A stretch of 45,738 bases of DNA from a virus (IMGVR_UViG_3300037722_000105:1-45738); one strand, 5' to 3'; counted from the stretch's first letter, positions 1-10,592 are shown. The notes: a model not told the origin generated them from the sequence alone. Program-made: numbers and translations.

Positions 1-22
1 TATTCGACAACTACTTGTGGTT
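1..22. repeat. Terminal direct repeat (circular assembly overlap), copy 1
   Basis: tattcgacaactacttgtggtt is identical to 45717-45738. Confidence 0.97.
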
Positions 23-674
23 GTCGTATTCTGTGGAGGATGTTTCTCCGTCGCAGGGTGATGAGAACACTGAAACTCTCATATATGATTTGAGATTGCA
101 GGCATGGACGAGATGGTCGTTTGGTGTTGTTCCTACAGTCAACTCTCGTTATTCTGATTTTACTGTGAACGAGCCTGATGGTGTTGTGGAGGGTGATACT
201 AACCCGTATTTTGTTTCGAACCTTTCCACTGAGGATGATCATATCATGAAGGGTTTCATGGGTGACTCCGATCCTGATGCAGATATTGTGTGGACTGATA
301 ATGGTACGAACTTTGAATTCCAGTTCCGCACTTTCTGGTTTAGTCCTGATGTTGGTGGAAGCAGGAACAGGCTGCGCAGGTTTGAAATGTTGGCTGCGGA
401 GATTAGCGATCAGATTGATATTGCTTTATACCGTGATTTTCTGGATACTGTATGGACGAGTATTAGCGTTGATCCGCTGGCGCATAGTGGTAGTATCTTT
501 GAGTATCATTTGCAGCAGTCTAGTGTGGATAAAACTGGTTTCTTCAATTTTCTGATGGCTGAAATTTCGGGTACGCATGCGAACGAAATGAAAGTTAATG
601 GTATCGCCTATCAGGTTTCGTCTCGTGCTGCTCCTCGTGGGGACATCGGCGGTACGGGCTATCATGGAGCGTAA
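3..674 (+). CDS. C-terminal part of the tail nozzle / tail tubular protein B-like gene that starts at 44567 and crosses the junction (about 607 aa in total)
   Basis: Position 15 corresponds to 45731, same frame as ATG 44567; reads ...KALLQVFDNYLWLSY... across the join; lies between adaptor and tail fibre. Confidence 0.85.
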   Translation, partial: FDNYLWLSYSVEDVSPSQGDENTETLIYDLRLQAWTRWSFGVVPTVNSRYSDFTVNEPDGVVEGDTNPYFVSNLSTEDDHIMKGFMGDSDPDADIVWTDNGTNFEFQFRTFWFSPDVGGSRNRLRRFEMLAAEISDQIDIALYRDFLDTVWTSISVDPLAHSGSIFEYHLQQSSVDKTGFFNFLMAEISGTHANEMKVNGIAYQVSSRAAPRGDIGGTGYHGA

Positions 675-676
675 CC

Positions 677-3121
677 GTGGCTACTAGGTTTGACCGTGGT
701 TTCCGCTTCCCCTTACAGAAATATTCTGATGAGAAAGCGTTGTATACAAACTTCAAGTATATTCAAGAGTATTTGAATTATATTCGCAAGAAGGATTTGT
801 ATGCTACGACGATCATTGTTGCTTCTTCTACTTCTGATGAACCGCAGCGTGCCCACTATCAGTGTGACGGTCAGAATGATAATGTTGAAATTCAGGCTGC
901 TGTAGACGAACTTTCTACTACTGGTGGAGAGGTCGTCTTGTTGGAGGGCACTTATAATCTGGCTGCTGGTGTGACTTTGCCTGCTCAAAATATTACTGTT
1001 CATGGTGCGGGAGCTATTTTCAACCGTGCTGGCACGCTTTTTGTCGGATCGGCTAATGGCAGGTACGTGTTAGATCATTTGGCTTTCACTGGCGGTGCAG
1101 CGGATGTAAGGTTTATTCGTGGTAGTGGCGAATGGATTGTCACTGACAACTATTTTTATGATCTGACTGCTACTCATGTTATGGGTGGGGACATTCTTGG
1201 CGATCAGTCAAAATGGATTGTTGTGGGCAATCATTTTGTTGACATTTCCTTAGAGTTCACTCCACTATTGAACAACGATTCTGGTCTGCTTGTCAACGAC
1301 GGTGGCGGCACTCGTGATCATAAGGGAATTTTCGCTAATAACTATGCTCGTAATATTACTGGAACTGGTAATGGTTCTTATTTTATTACATCTTCAGATA
1401 ACTTTGCAGAACCAATCTTTGCTATAGGTAATTTTATTGAAGATTCTACTGGTCTAGATGGATATTTTGGAAACGGTAGCGTTGCTTCTCATAATCTGAT
1501 TGATCAGACTATGCTTACAGGCGACCATGATCTTGATTTGAACGACCTGGCTGATGTGGTTATTTCGGGTACGCCTGCTGATAACGAAGTGTTGGCTTAT
1601 GATTCTGGTAGTGGTGATTGGATTAACCAGACTGCTGCTGAAGCTGGACTGTCTGCTCCTGGTCATACGCATACTGAATCTGACGTCACTGATTTAGACC
1701 ACTATGATTCGTCTGATTTCGCTACTGATCTTGCTTTAGCTGATACTGACGATCTGACTGAAGGCTCTAACTTGTACTATACTGATGAGCGTGCGCAGGA
1801 TGCTGTGGGTGGAATCCTAGTCGATTCGTCTGAGATTGATTTTACATATGATGATGGCACGCCATCTGTTACTGCTGTTATAGTGTCTGGTTCTGTCGAT
1901 GAAGCTAAGCTGGATACGAGTGTGAACGCTAGTTTAGATTTGGCTGATTCTGCTACTCAGCCTGGTGATGATGCTGATACTCTTGGTAGTGGTGCTGCTA
2001 CTGACGGGCAGGTGTTGACTGCTGATGGTGCGGGGGTGGCCGCTTGGGAGGATGTTCCTGCGGGCGGTGCGCATGACCATTCCACTCTGGAAAATTCTTT
2101 GACTACTAATGATCAGGTTGTTGTGCAGACTACTGGTGAGATTGACTTTTTTGATGATGATGGGACTACTCCTCTTATTTCTGTAGAACATGATGGCGCT
2201 GATGGCGGTGTGATCTATATTCATTCTGATGATACCGAGGAGACGATCCCTGCTAATATTCAAACAGGAGAGGTCGGTACTAGCACGGCGAGGCGGAGGG
2301 GTGTAAACCTTCTATCTCCTCAGTTGGATTCGCAGGCGAGGATGAACTTCGAATTTTTAGGTGAAAGTCCTGACGGTACTGAACCTCCTGAAGCTCGTAT
2401 GGCAGTGTCGGGTACTCCTGATGAGACTCCTAGGTTTACTTTGTATAATGATGTTGCCATGTACGTGCAGGCTTTGCCCGCATATTTTGAGGGTGGCACA
2501 GTATATTTCACTGCTGATGATACTTTCGATAAAGCGGATTATCCAGGATTGCGGGCTATCATAGTAGATTTGGTGGGTAGTGGTGGCGCTGGTGGTGGTG
2601 CGCCTGCAACTACTGGCTCTGATTTTTCTGTTGGTAACGGTGGCGGTGCTGGTGGTCATTGTCGCAAGTTTATTCTTGCTTCTGCTCTTAGTGCGTCTGA
2701 GACGCTTACTGTTCCTGCTGGTGGAACAGGAGTTTCTGGTGCTGCTGGTAATGCTGGGGCTACATGCTCTTTCGGATCGCATTGTCAGGCGACTGGCGGT
2801 GGTGCGGGTGGAATTCTTACTGCAGGAACCGCTCTCGCTCTGTTACTGCCTTCGGCGGGTGGAGTTGGTTCAGGTGGAGATTTGAACCCATACGGTATGA
2901 GCAGTGGATTTGCTGTTAGGATTACTGGCGGTTCTGTCGCCTCTGCTGGGCAAGGTGGTTCATCTTACTTTTCTGCTGGTGGTCCGTTTGTCATATCTGC
3001 TAATGGTACTGCTGGCCGATATGGTTCTGGCGGTGGAGGTATGCGTAATAATGGTACTGCGTCTGCTCGTACTGGTGGCGCTGGTGGAAATGCTTTGATA
3101 GCTGTAAGGTTACTGTTTTAA
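677..3121 (+). CDS. Tail spike/fibre: beta-helix-like N-terminal region, fibre repeats, Gly-rich C-terminus
   Basis: DGQNDNVEIQAAVD..GGEVVLLEGTY (typical start of a pectin-lyase-like helix); LNDLADV..DNEVLAYD, HTHTESDVTDL and TDDLTEGSNLYYTDERA fibre motifs; GGGAGG-rich tip. Confidence 0.8.
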   Translation: MATRFDRGFRFPLQKYSDEKALYTNFKYIQEYLNYIRKKDLYATTIIVASSTSDEPQRAHYQCDGQNDNVEIQAAVDELSTTGGEVVLLEGTYNLAAGVTLPAQNITVHGAGAIFNRAGTLFVGSANGRYVLDHLAFTGGAADVRFIRGSGEWIVTDNYFYDLTATHVMGGDILGDQSKWIVVGNHFVDISLEFTPLLNNDSGLLVNDGGGTRDHKGIFANNYARNITGTGNGSYFITSSDNFAEPIFAIGNFIEDSTGLDGYFGNGSVASHNLIDQTMLTGDHDLDLNDLADVVISGTPADNEVLAYDSGSGDWINQTAAEAGLSAPGHTHTESDVTDLDHYDSSDFATDLALADTDDLTEGSNLYYTDERAQDAVGGILVDSSEIDFTYDDGTPSVTAVIVSGSVDEAKLDTSVNASLDLADSATQPGDDADTLGSGAATDGQVLTADGAGVAAWEDVPAGGAHDHSTLENSLTTNDQVVVQTTGEIDFFDDDGTTPLISVEHDGADGGVIYIHSDDTEETIPANIQTGEVGTSTARRRGVNLLSPQLDSQARMNFEFLGESPDGTEPPEARMAVSGTPDETPRFTLYNDVAMYVQALPAYFEGGTVYFTADDTFDKADYPGLRAIIVDLVGSGGAGGGAPATTGSDFSVGNGGGAGGHCRKFILASALSASETLTVPAGGTGVSGAAGNAGATCSFGSHCQATGGGAGGILTAGTALALLLPSAGGVGSGGDLNPYGMSSGFAVRITGGSVASAGQGGSSYFSAGGPFVISANGTAGRYGSGGGGMRNNGTASARTGGAGGNALIAVRLLF

Positions 3122-3146
3122 TACGTTTTCACCTATTATATGAAGG
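3119..3146 (+). promoter_or_regulatory. Phage late-promoter-like motif, copy 1
   Basis: TAATACGTTTTCACCTATTATATGAAGG; overlaps the upstream stop codon; ends 6 nt before ATG 3153. Confidence 0.8.
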
Positions 3147-3152
3147 ACTGCT

Positions 3153-3761
3153 ATGGCGACAACAACTATTAGAACCCCCTCAGAAGGAGGTTCACAAGGT
3201 GCGAAACGTGCCACTACTAACCCTAGTATCCCACAGCCCGTAGCCCAACCAACCCTTCCCATGCCTAACGTGGAAGGTATCTTCGGCGATCTTGGCGACA
3301 GCGATGGTTCTGCTGGGGCTAAGGCTGCTGCTCTTCGTGGTGTGGACATTGAGAAGAGGCGTATAGGTTTCCAGAAGGAGACTGGTCTGCGTGATATTGA
3401 GCAGGCCCGTGAGGAGGGTTTACGTGGCGCTATTAATAATGCGCTACAACGTGGCATTTACCGTTCGGGTATTCGTATTGAAAACGAGTCTCGTGTGAAC
3501 CGTGAGGCTGATGAGGCTTCTGGTGATTTGACTACTGATATTGGTTTCGCTTTGGAACTGTTGAAGAATCGTGCCGACCAGATTCGTGCTGGTGGCGGTG
3601 GTGGAGGTGTTGGTGGTTTCGGATTTGATTTTGGAGAGTTTAATGCTATGCTTGATTTGATTTCTCGTTATGGAGTGCAGCCTGCTGCACCTACTGTCCA
3701 GCCTGCTCCGATTCGTCGGGGCGAACTGGATCGTGAGCAGACTCGTAGGGGTGGCCGCTAA
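3153..3761 (+). CDS. Putative small internal virion/ejection protein
   Basis: Helical, Gly/Ala/Arg-rich with RGIYRSG; first of three coupled genes after the tail genes. Confidence 0.55.
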   Translation: MATTTIRTPSEGGSQGAKRATTNPSIPQPVAQPTLPMPNVEGIFGDLGDSDGSAGAKAAALRGVDIEKRRIGFQKETGLRDIEQAREEGLRGAINNALQRGIYRSGIRIENESRVNREADEASGDLTTDIGFALELLKNRADQIRAGGGGGGVGGFGFDFGEFNAMLDLISRYGVQPAAPTVQPAPIRRGELDREQTRRGGR

Positions 3762-5377
3762 TGGTTGATGAACGTCGGAGACCTGGTGATTTAGAACGCA
3801 GGTCTTCTCAGCCTGCTTTCCAACCTAAGAAGCTGGGTTTGTCTCCGCAGTCTCCCTTGCAAATTCTGATGGGTGAGGGTACGCCTAGCTTGCAGGCGAC
3901 AATGCAGGAGCATGGCTTGATTGGTGTTTTACAACAGTTCGCTCTTCGTGGTATTGGGGCGAACGTGGAGTTTGGCGCTGAAGGAGTGTCGGGGGGACTA
4001 CAATTATTGCAGGCGGCGGGTACGCCTGGCGGCGGTGTGAGTAGCCTGGAACCTGATAAGACTAAGAGGACTGACGGTACGGCTATTAATATAGTTGAAC
4101 TGCTTGCAGGTCAAGACCCTGTAACAGCGTCTTCGCCTACTGTTGGTGGTGGTGCTCCTGACCAGCAGGCTGCTGAAATAGCTAAACTTTCTAGGGGACT
4201 CGATACTCCTGCTGCTGTTTTTACGCTGTCTCAGACTGCTGGTAATTATGAATTGCCCACTGAAATACAAGCGCAAATAGATCAGCTTACTGAAATGGCT
4301 ACTATACAGGTTGACGATATTAATAATCAAATTAACCAGAAAATGTCGCAATTGCAGGTAGGACAGCAACTATATGGTGGTCTTGTGGGCGAGGCGGAAA
4401 GAGTGGGAATTATCCCGCCTCTCGACTCTGAGCAGGGGAAGGTTCTGGCGACGACCCTGGACTCTTTGGAGTCTACTTTGCAGGCTGAAGACTTGCAGGG
4501 AGGTTTAACTCCTGACGTACTGGCTGCCATTACTTCTGTCGGTGACGCACAGTTCGCTAGCACTGATCCTGATCAGGCGTTTAACTTGCTCTCCCATAAA
4601 ATAGATTTTGAACAGAATCTTATATCTGAAATTGAAACTCTTGTCAAGCAACGGCAACTCGTTCAGGATAATACGGCGAGCGTGGAAGAGGCTCTCCGCC
4701 TAGAGGGACAGTCTGACACGTTTAATCTTCCTCTTGACGTGCCGACCAGTGAGGGCATGTTCCTAACAGTGTATGGTGATTTCATTTCTGAACAGTTGAG
4801 TGATACGAACCTGGACACTTTCCAGGAGAAGGCGATCGCTTTGCAACTTACGGAGATAGGTGAGCAAGCTGTTATTGCTGGCGGTGCTGAACAGTTCGCC
4901 CCTCAATTGCAACTCATAGCTGACACGTATGGTCTTGACTTTACGAAACTTACTAATGCTGTGAATAATGGTTTGGAGCAGGGCTTGGAGGCGGCTGGAC
5001 TGGCTGATGCTTGGCGTGAGAATCCTGTGTTGGAGCCAGGCTCGCCGTCTCTTGCAGCGGGCATCCAGGAAACTATCCTTCAACTTGGTGGTACTCCTGA
5101 AGACGCTGCGAGACTGGTTAACTCTACTTCTCTACACCAGCTTATCGCTCTTGCTTCTGGCGGACAGGTTGGCGCTGAAACTGATCCTAATATGCTCGGC
5201 TTGGGCGGGCTGGCCCCCGACACGTATGAGACGTTCGGCTATGATTATGAAACGATTAAGGCTGATGCTGCATCGCAGCTTGCCGCTCTCATCCAATACA
5301 TTTACACTCGTTTTGGTGGGGATACGGTTCAAGCGTTGGAGGCTTTCCGAGAGGGTTCTTGGGGCGGAGTGAACTAG
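3761..5377 (+). CDS. Putative ejection protein with a degenerate C-terminal lytic-transglycosylase-like domain
   Basis: Gln-rich coiled region; C-terminal LIALASGG..GLGGL..QLAALIQYIYTRFG resembles an SLT fold; TAATG coupling to the previous gene. Confidence 0.55.
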   Translation: MVDERRRPGDLERRSSQPAFQPKKLGLSPQSPLQILMGEGTPSLQATMQEHGLIGVLQQFALRGIGANVEFGAEGVSGGLQLLQAAGTPGGGVSSLEPDKTKRTDGTAINIVELLAGQDPVTASSPTVGGGAPDQQAAEIAKLSRGLDTPAAVFTLSQTAGNYELPTEIQAQIDQLTEMATIQVDDINNQINQKMSQLQVGQQLYGGLVGEAERVGIIPPLDSEQGKVLATTLDSLESTLQAEDLQGGLTPDVLAAITSVGDAQFASTDPDQAFNLLSHKIDFEQNLISEIETLVKQRQLVQDNTASVEEALRLEGQSDTFNLPLDVPTSEGMFLTVYGDFISEQLSDTNLDTFQEKAIALQLTEIGEQAVIAGGAEQFAPQLQLIADTYGLDFTKLTNAVNNGLEQGLEAAGLADAWRENPVLEPGSPSLAAGIQETILQLGGTPEDAARLVNSTSLHQLIALASGGQVGAETDPNMLGLGGLAPDTYETFGYDYETIKADAASQLAALIQYIYTRFGGDTVQALEAFREGSWGGVN

Positions 5378-5378
5378 G

Positions 5379-8300
5379 ATGGCTCTCCGTGACGCCTTCC
5401 GTTCATTGAACAGAACTCAGGCTCCTTTCGGCCTGGGTAACTCTGTGTTCGATGAGCCTGCGTTTACTCCTACTGAACTTGGTAATCCTGATTTTACTTT
5501 AGCTGGTGATCCTCGCTCGCAGGCACAGTATCCTGCGGCTGCAGCGGAGAAAGGATTGTATTCTAGTCAGGTCCGTGCGGAAAACCAGCTTGCTGCTGCT
5601 GATTCTGCAGGCTTGGACACTAGTAATCCTCTATATGATCCTCTCAGTGAGGTAGCTGAAGAGGGTTTTGCTAGTCGTGCTCTCACGTTCGGTGAGAAGA
5701 TTCTTAGCTGGGTGGACGGTCCACGACAGGCTGTCAACCTGATGATCCAGGACCTTGTTGGTGGTGCCGCTGAGGAGGGTTTCCGTAATCCTGATATTGG
5801 TGACTATTGGAATACTCTGTGGGGTGGCATGGAGGATTCTGAAGGGTTCAAGTTTGCGACTGGCTTGGAACCTCGTAGTGGTTCTAAAACTCTTGACATG
5901 TTTGGTTGGTCTGAGGAGGAGGACTTGGTGGGGCGTATCGGCCGTGGTGTGGCCGACTTCGGCCTGCAAGTCCTTACTGACCCTGTCTCTTATTTGACGT
6001 TTGGCATGTCTGCTCTTGGTAAGAATGTGGCTCGTGCTACGGGCGGCAGGTTCATGGATGATGTAACCAAGAAGCTTCTGCCCGCTTTCGACAAGGCAGG
6101 CGATTTTAAACTGACTGACTCATATCTTACTAAATTGCAGGCATCCGACACGTACACGTATAACCTGGCACGTGAACTCATGGAGGATACTGGTGACGGT
6201 TTCGTCTCCCAGTTCCGTGATGATCTTCTAACTAAGATCGAAGCTCATGGCGGGACCATGCCGCCTGACATGGTGGCTGCCATGCGTAAGCGTATTGGTG
6301 ATGAGAACAACTGGTTTGATAATATTGTGGAACTGGCTGTTGCTAACAGGGTGACCAAGGATGTTATCCAGCCTCTCATGGCCCGTGATTTCGCTAAGAT
6401 TGATAAGGCCGCTTTGGAAATGCTGCCTAAATGGGCGTATGGTGGTGCTCGTATTGCTGTCCCGTTTACTCAGTCTACGCTTGAATCGGGCTGGCTGATC
6501 CCTGGCTCTCAGGGTTTGGGGAAGAAGATTGTTGGTGATCCTCTGCGCAAACTGTCTGAGAGGACGAAGGGATTCGGCTTGTATGATGTTGTGACTAAGA
6601 ATGCTGATGAGGGTTTGAACTTTCTTGCCACTGAACGGTCGTTGAATAAGGCGTTGGCTTCTGGTCGTATGGCTGGTTGGCAGTATGCTATTGCGAAGCC
6701 TGCCTTGGACAACATGGCAAACCAGGCTACTCGTGAAGCACTGATCGCTTCGTTGAACACTCTTGGTAAGAGAGTTGTGGAGGCGGCTGATACTGCTGGT
6801 ATCGAGGATCAGAGTCTTGTCTGGTCGAAGGTTATGCACATTTTGGAAGGATTTGACACTGGCCTGGACGATATGATGTTGGGCGGGTTGGATGATATTA
6901 CGGGCGGCACGCTGCGTGGCGCTGCTGCTCCTAATGTTGATGCGTTCGCTGATGATCTGTTGAGGGATGATGGATTGGATGATGCTGTCAATAATCTTGC
7001 CACGTTTCTTCGTGGCACATTCGACGAGTATCATGCTAAGTTGAGTGTGTTTGACCCTGAGTTAAAGAAGCGTTATATTGATAATTATGCGCCGCATTCT
7101 ATTGCTCCTGACGGGCGGAAGATCGTGTCTCTCATGTCTCGTCTTGGTAAGGGTATTCCGAAGAGGGAGTGGGAGGCGTTGCAGAAGCAGGGTGATCCTG
7201 GCGGTGTGCTTGTCGCTCACATATTGAATGCTGCTGGTAAGGGTGGACGGTTGGAGGCGAGTATGGGCGGTAGCCGCTATTTTAATCCTCGTGATGAGGG
7301 TAAGCTTGCGGCACTGGCTTTGACTGATGATGGTGGAATTCTACTGCGTAAGGATTTTTGGGCTGGACTACAGGATGATGCTGCCACTCTGATTGGTGAG
7401 GGTGGTGTGGTGAATCCTGCGTTGAAGACTAAGTATGCGCCTGCTTCTAAGTTGAACGAGTGGGTTAAACCTGTCATTGAGAAGTTGGCTAGGGAGAATA
7501 ATATTTCTTTGCCGAAGGGCTGGGATGGGAAACTATTTTCTGAAGACCCGTTGGAACTGGCTATCGGTTATATCCGTAATCTGGATGAGGTTGTGCGGAC
7601 TTATAATGTGGTGGAGGGTTTTCGTGCTGCTGGGCTGGCGTTTAAACATGATCAGGCTCCTGATGTTGTGCAGATCATGAATAACATGTATGATAATATG
7701 ATGTCGAATACTATGAAGATTACGTCTGATGGTGGTGGGCTTAAGCCTAAGTCAGGGTTGACTGCTGCCCCCGTAGATTGGGTTAAATCGTTAGGCGATC
7801 CTAATGATCTTAGTATTGCGCAAAAAGGAGAAAGGCCTTTCACTTTAGAATCAGCCGTTATGGATATGGCTCGTCCTGCTGGACAACGTAAGATTAAAGA
7901 TAGAGTGACAGGAGATTTGTCTGAATTCACAGCTTCGGTTGAAAGCCAAGGAGTAAAAACACCGATTGTGATTGGTATTGATAATGATGGCTTGGCACAG
8001 ATTGTAGATGGTCATGGCCGCATAGTTGTTGCAGAACGTTTGGGCCTTGAAGAGGTGCCAATCAAGTTCCAAAATGTTGGGTCACATGAGAATCCTGCAG
8101 CAGGTCAGAACGTTCGGGAATTTTTGAAAGACACTATAGATGGAGAGAACCTTGATGCTATAGATGTTTTTAACACCCTTCCTTGGAAACCAGGCGTTAA
8201 GGAAACTAAGAGAGTTCTTAAGGGTTACGGGGATATGATGGGAGCCACACCCGTCAGCGTGACAGGCCCACTCGCCAAAGCAGGATGGGACGCTAACGAT

Positions 8301-10592
8301 ATGGCAGGGAACGCCCGCATATTCCAAATGGCTCGCATGTCCTCAGACGATTTCCTAGCCCTACGTCAGAATCCTATGAAAGCTGACGGTGCGCTCGTAG
8401 ACAAGGCTACTGGCGGCTACCAGAATCTCCGTCGTATTAGTGGCGACATGACTTTGAGCGTGAACTCTAAAGCGAAACGTGGCTGGCAGGAGACCACGCT
8501 AAACAAGGACCGTGTAGTGTACACGTTCCGTGATGATGTAGGCAAGCCTAGAGGAGATATTGTGTTGAGCGAGAAGGCTGACGGATTTATCGAAGCTGAC
8601 TTCACTGTTAACCCTAACTTGTCTCCCCGTCAGCAGCTAGCGTTCAGCCGTGAACTCATAGAAAAGTTTGATGAACTAGTTACGGCTGGCCCACTCAAAG
8701 GCAAGTTCACTCATAAGAATATTGAACGTACTTTGAAGGAGGGTAATATTAGTGATGCTGGTGGGAAGATGATGCAACTCTACTTGCGTTCGAAACTACG
8801 CCAATTGCCTCCTCGTGCTTTGGAGGAGATAGCGAAGGAGCCTGCAGAGTTCGCTAATGCTCGCATGCTCGCAGACGATTTTATTGACGAGTTTAACATG
8901 TTCTTTAAAGAGTATGCTCAAGTGTACGATCCTTCTAATGGGCGGCTTATCATTGATCCTAATAAGGTTCAGATTGCTGGTGATGATGTGGTCCGTAAAC
9001 GTATCGCTGATCTGCGGCGTGCTGCCCGCATGTCGGATGAGGCTGGCTGGGAGACCGCCTCTAAAATCATGAACGGTATTGATGATACGATGGGGTTGAG
9101 TCAGGTGGACGATTTTGTTAATCCTGGCCGTTTCGCTATGGGCGGACCTGCCATTGAAGGATTGGCTATTCAACGTGATATGGCTATGTGGCTGCGGAAC
9201 TATGCTCGTAATGCTGCGAGTGCCTACACGCCTGAGGGTGTGGCCGCTTTGAACATGGCGTCGAAAACTAGTTTGAGATGGTGGAAAGCTATGGCTACTA
9301 TCGCCAGGCCTACCTTCCATATCAGAAACCATATTTCCGCTACGTGGGCGAACATGACGATCGGAGTCCGTCCGCAAGACTATGCGTTGGTACGTGATAA
9401 TGCTATCATTTTTAAGAGAGCGTTGCGTGAAGGGTTGACTGAGGATGAGGCTATCGCTAAATTGTCTGCGAAAGCGCAGCCGTATTTCCGTGCCGCCTGG
9501 GATCATGATATTATGTCAGGGTTTGTGACGAGCGAACTGCGTACCCTGGTCACTAAAGCGGAGAAACTGTCATGGGCTAGAGTCCACGATGTTGACAATT
9601 TTGTTTTACCTCGTATGGGCGGGCACGTCATGGAGAGCATCGAGGACTTTCATCGCATGGCTGCATTCACTAGATGGTATGATCCTGCTAATCCTTCGAG
9701 CGCTGATGTTGCCAAAGCTATGGTGGAACGAGTCCATTTCAACTATGCGAATACTACTCCGCTTGAGGACAGGTTGAAGTCTCTCGTACCGTTTTTCGTG
9801 TGGACGAGAAGGAACATTCCTTTGCAGGTGTCTACGCTTATGGAGAACCCTCGTGTTATCCAACGTTATAGGGCTATGATGCAGTCGTTGAACGACGAGT
9901 TTTCTGAGGATGGTGAGGGGTTGCCGATTGGTGACCAGTTCTCTGCGTATGCTGCGGGCACTGACTACTATGTGAATAAGGGTACGCCGTTTTGGGGGCG
10001 TATGATTCTTGACCCTGATCTGCCTGTAAAAGATTTGCTGGCATTGCCGAACTTGTCTCCGCCTGAACTGTTGGAGTTCGGTAATGGATTGTTGGGTCCG
10101 CACTTGTCTTCGATCATTAACCTGAATGAGGAACGTGAGTTTGGTGATGTGAACGCTCCTGCCCCTCTTAACGCTGTGCTCCGTTCACTAGCATTCGTGG
10201 GCTTATATGATGCGACTACTGACGGTGATGTGCGCATGCCGTATTGGGCACGTACTATTGCGGAGACTGCGTTTCCGCCGTCCCGTGAAATCATTGATCC
10301 TTTGACTGGTGGTCCGTCTGATCCTAACAGGCAGGCTCGCTTAGGTATAGCTGAGGATGATTCTACTTTGGAGGCTTCGTTGAAAACGCTCATGGGTACG
10401 ATTGGCCGTGGGTTCGGTGTGAAACTTAACACGCCTGCTGATGTGCGTGGTGTTAACGCTCGTACTCAGGAGGAATTAAACATGTTAATCCAGGACTTGC
10501 GTTTGAAAGGACAATTGCCTCCTTCGGAATTGGGTTCTGACCAGCCTGAAATTCCTGATGTTGCTGATCTTATTTTTGGGGGAGGAGGTTAA
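5379..10592 (+). CDS. Large (1737 aa) internal virion / polyvalent ejection protein containing a ParB-like domain
   Basis: Size and position; LTDPVSYLTFG; ParB-like SVESQGVKTPIVI..IVDGHGRIVVAERLGLEEVP; C-terminal PTFHIRN and LVPFFVW motifs typical of large ejection proteins. Confidence 0.7.
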   Translation: MALRDAFRSLNRTQAPFGLGNSVFDEPAFTPTELGNPDFTLAGDPRSQAQYPAAAAEKGLYSSQVRAENQLAAADSAGLDTSNPLYDPLSEVAEEGFASRALTFGEKILSWVDGPRQAVNLMIQDLVGGAAEEGFRNPDIGDYWNTLWGGMEDSEGFKFATGLEPRSGSKTLDMFGWSEEEDLVGRIGRGVADFGLQVLTDPVSYLTFGMSALGKNVARATGGRFMDDVTKKLLPAFDKAGDFKLTDSYLTKLQASDTYTYNLARELMEDTGDGFVSQFRDDLLTKIEAHGGTMPPDMVAAMRKRIGDENNWFDNIVELAVANRVTKDVIQPLMARDFAKIDKAALEMLPKWAYGGARIAVPFTQSTLESGWLIPGSQGLGKKIVGDPLRKLSERTKGFGLYDVVTKNADEGLNFLATERSLNKALASGRMAGWQYAIAKPALDNMANQATREALIASLNTLGKRVVEAADTAGIEDQSLVWSKVMHILEGFDTGLDDMMLGGLDDITGGTLRGAAAPNVDAFADDLLRDDGLDDAVNNLATFLRGTFDEYHAKLSVFDPELKKRYIDNYAPHSIAPDGRKIVSLMSRLGKGIPKREWEALQKQGDPGGVLVAHILNAAGKGGRLEASMGGSRYFNPRDEGKLAALALTDDGGILLRKDFWAGLQDDAATLIGEGGVVNPALKTKYAPASKLNEWVKPVIEKLARENNISLPKGWDGKLFSEDPLELAIGYIRNLDEVVRTYNVVEGFRAAGLAFKHDQAPDVVQIMNNMYDNMMSNTMKITSDGGGLKPKSGLTAAPVDWVKSLGDPNDLSIAQKGERPFTLESAVMDMARPAGQRKIKDRVTGDLSEFTASVESQGVKTPIVIGIDNDGLAQIVDGHGRIVVAERLGLEEVPIKFQNVGSHENPAAGQNVREFLKDTIDGENLDAIDVFNTLPWKPGVKETKRVLKGYGDMMGATPVSVTGPLAKAGWDANDMAGNARIFQMARMSSDDFLALRQNPMKADGALVDKATGGYQNLRRISGDMTLSVNSKAKRGWQETTLNKDRVVYTFRDDVGKPRGDIVLSEKADGFIEADFTVNPNLSPRQQLAFSRELIEKFDELVTAGPLKGKFTHKNIERTLKEGNISDAGGKMMQLYLRSKLRQLPPRALEEIAKEPAEFANARMLADDFIDEFNMFFKEYAQVYDPSNGRLIIDPNKVQIAGDDVVRKRIADLRRAARMSDEAGWETASKIMNGIDDTMGLSQVDDFVNPGRFAMGGPAIEGLAIQRDMAMWLRNYARNAASAYTPEGVAALNMASKTSLRWWKAMATIARPTFHIRNHISATWANMTIGVRPQDYALVRDNAIIFKRALREGLTEDEAIAKLSAKAQPYFRAAWDHDIMSGFVTSELRTLVTKAEKLSWARVHDVDNFVLPRMGGHVMESIEDFHRMAAFTRWYDPANPSSADVAKAMVERVHFNYANTTPLEDRLKSLVPFFVWTRRNIPLQVSTLMENPRVIQRYRAMMQSLNDEFSEDGEGLPIGDQFSAYAAGTDYYVNKGTPFWGRMILDPDLPVKDLLALPNLSPPELLEFGNGLLGPHLSSIINLNEEREFGDVNAPAPLNAVLRSLAFVGLYDATTDGDVRMPYWARTIAETAFPPSREIIDPLTGGPSDPNRQARLGIAEDDSTLEASLKTLMGTIGRGFGVKLNTPADVRGVNARTQEELNMLIQDLRLKGQLPPSELGSDQPEIPDVADLIFGGGG

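Noticed and set aside
713-10432. Many minus-strand ORFs under the structural genes, and plus-strand ORFs under the early arm
   Set aside because: Antisense shadows of long genes with biased codon usage; no recognisable motifs
5379-10592. Virion RNA polymerase that would explain the T7-like motif
   Set aside because: No DxDxD catalytic loop or T7-type motifs were recognised; a structure search would be needed to exclude it fully
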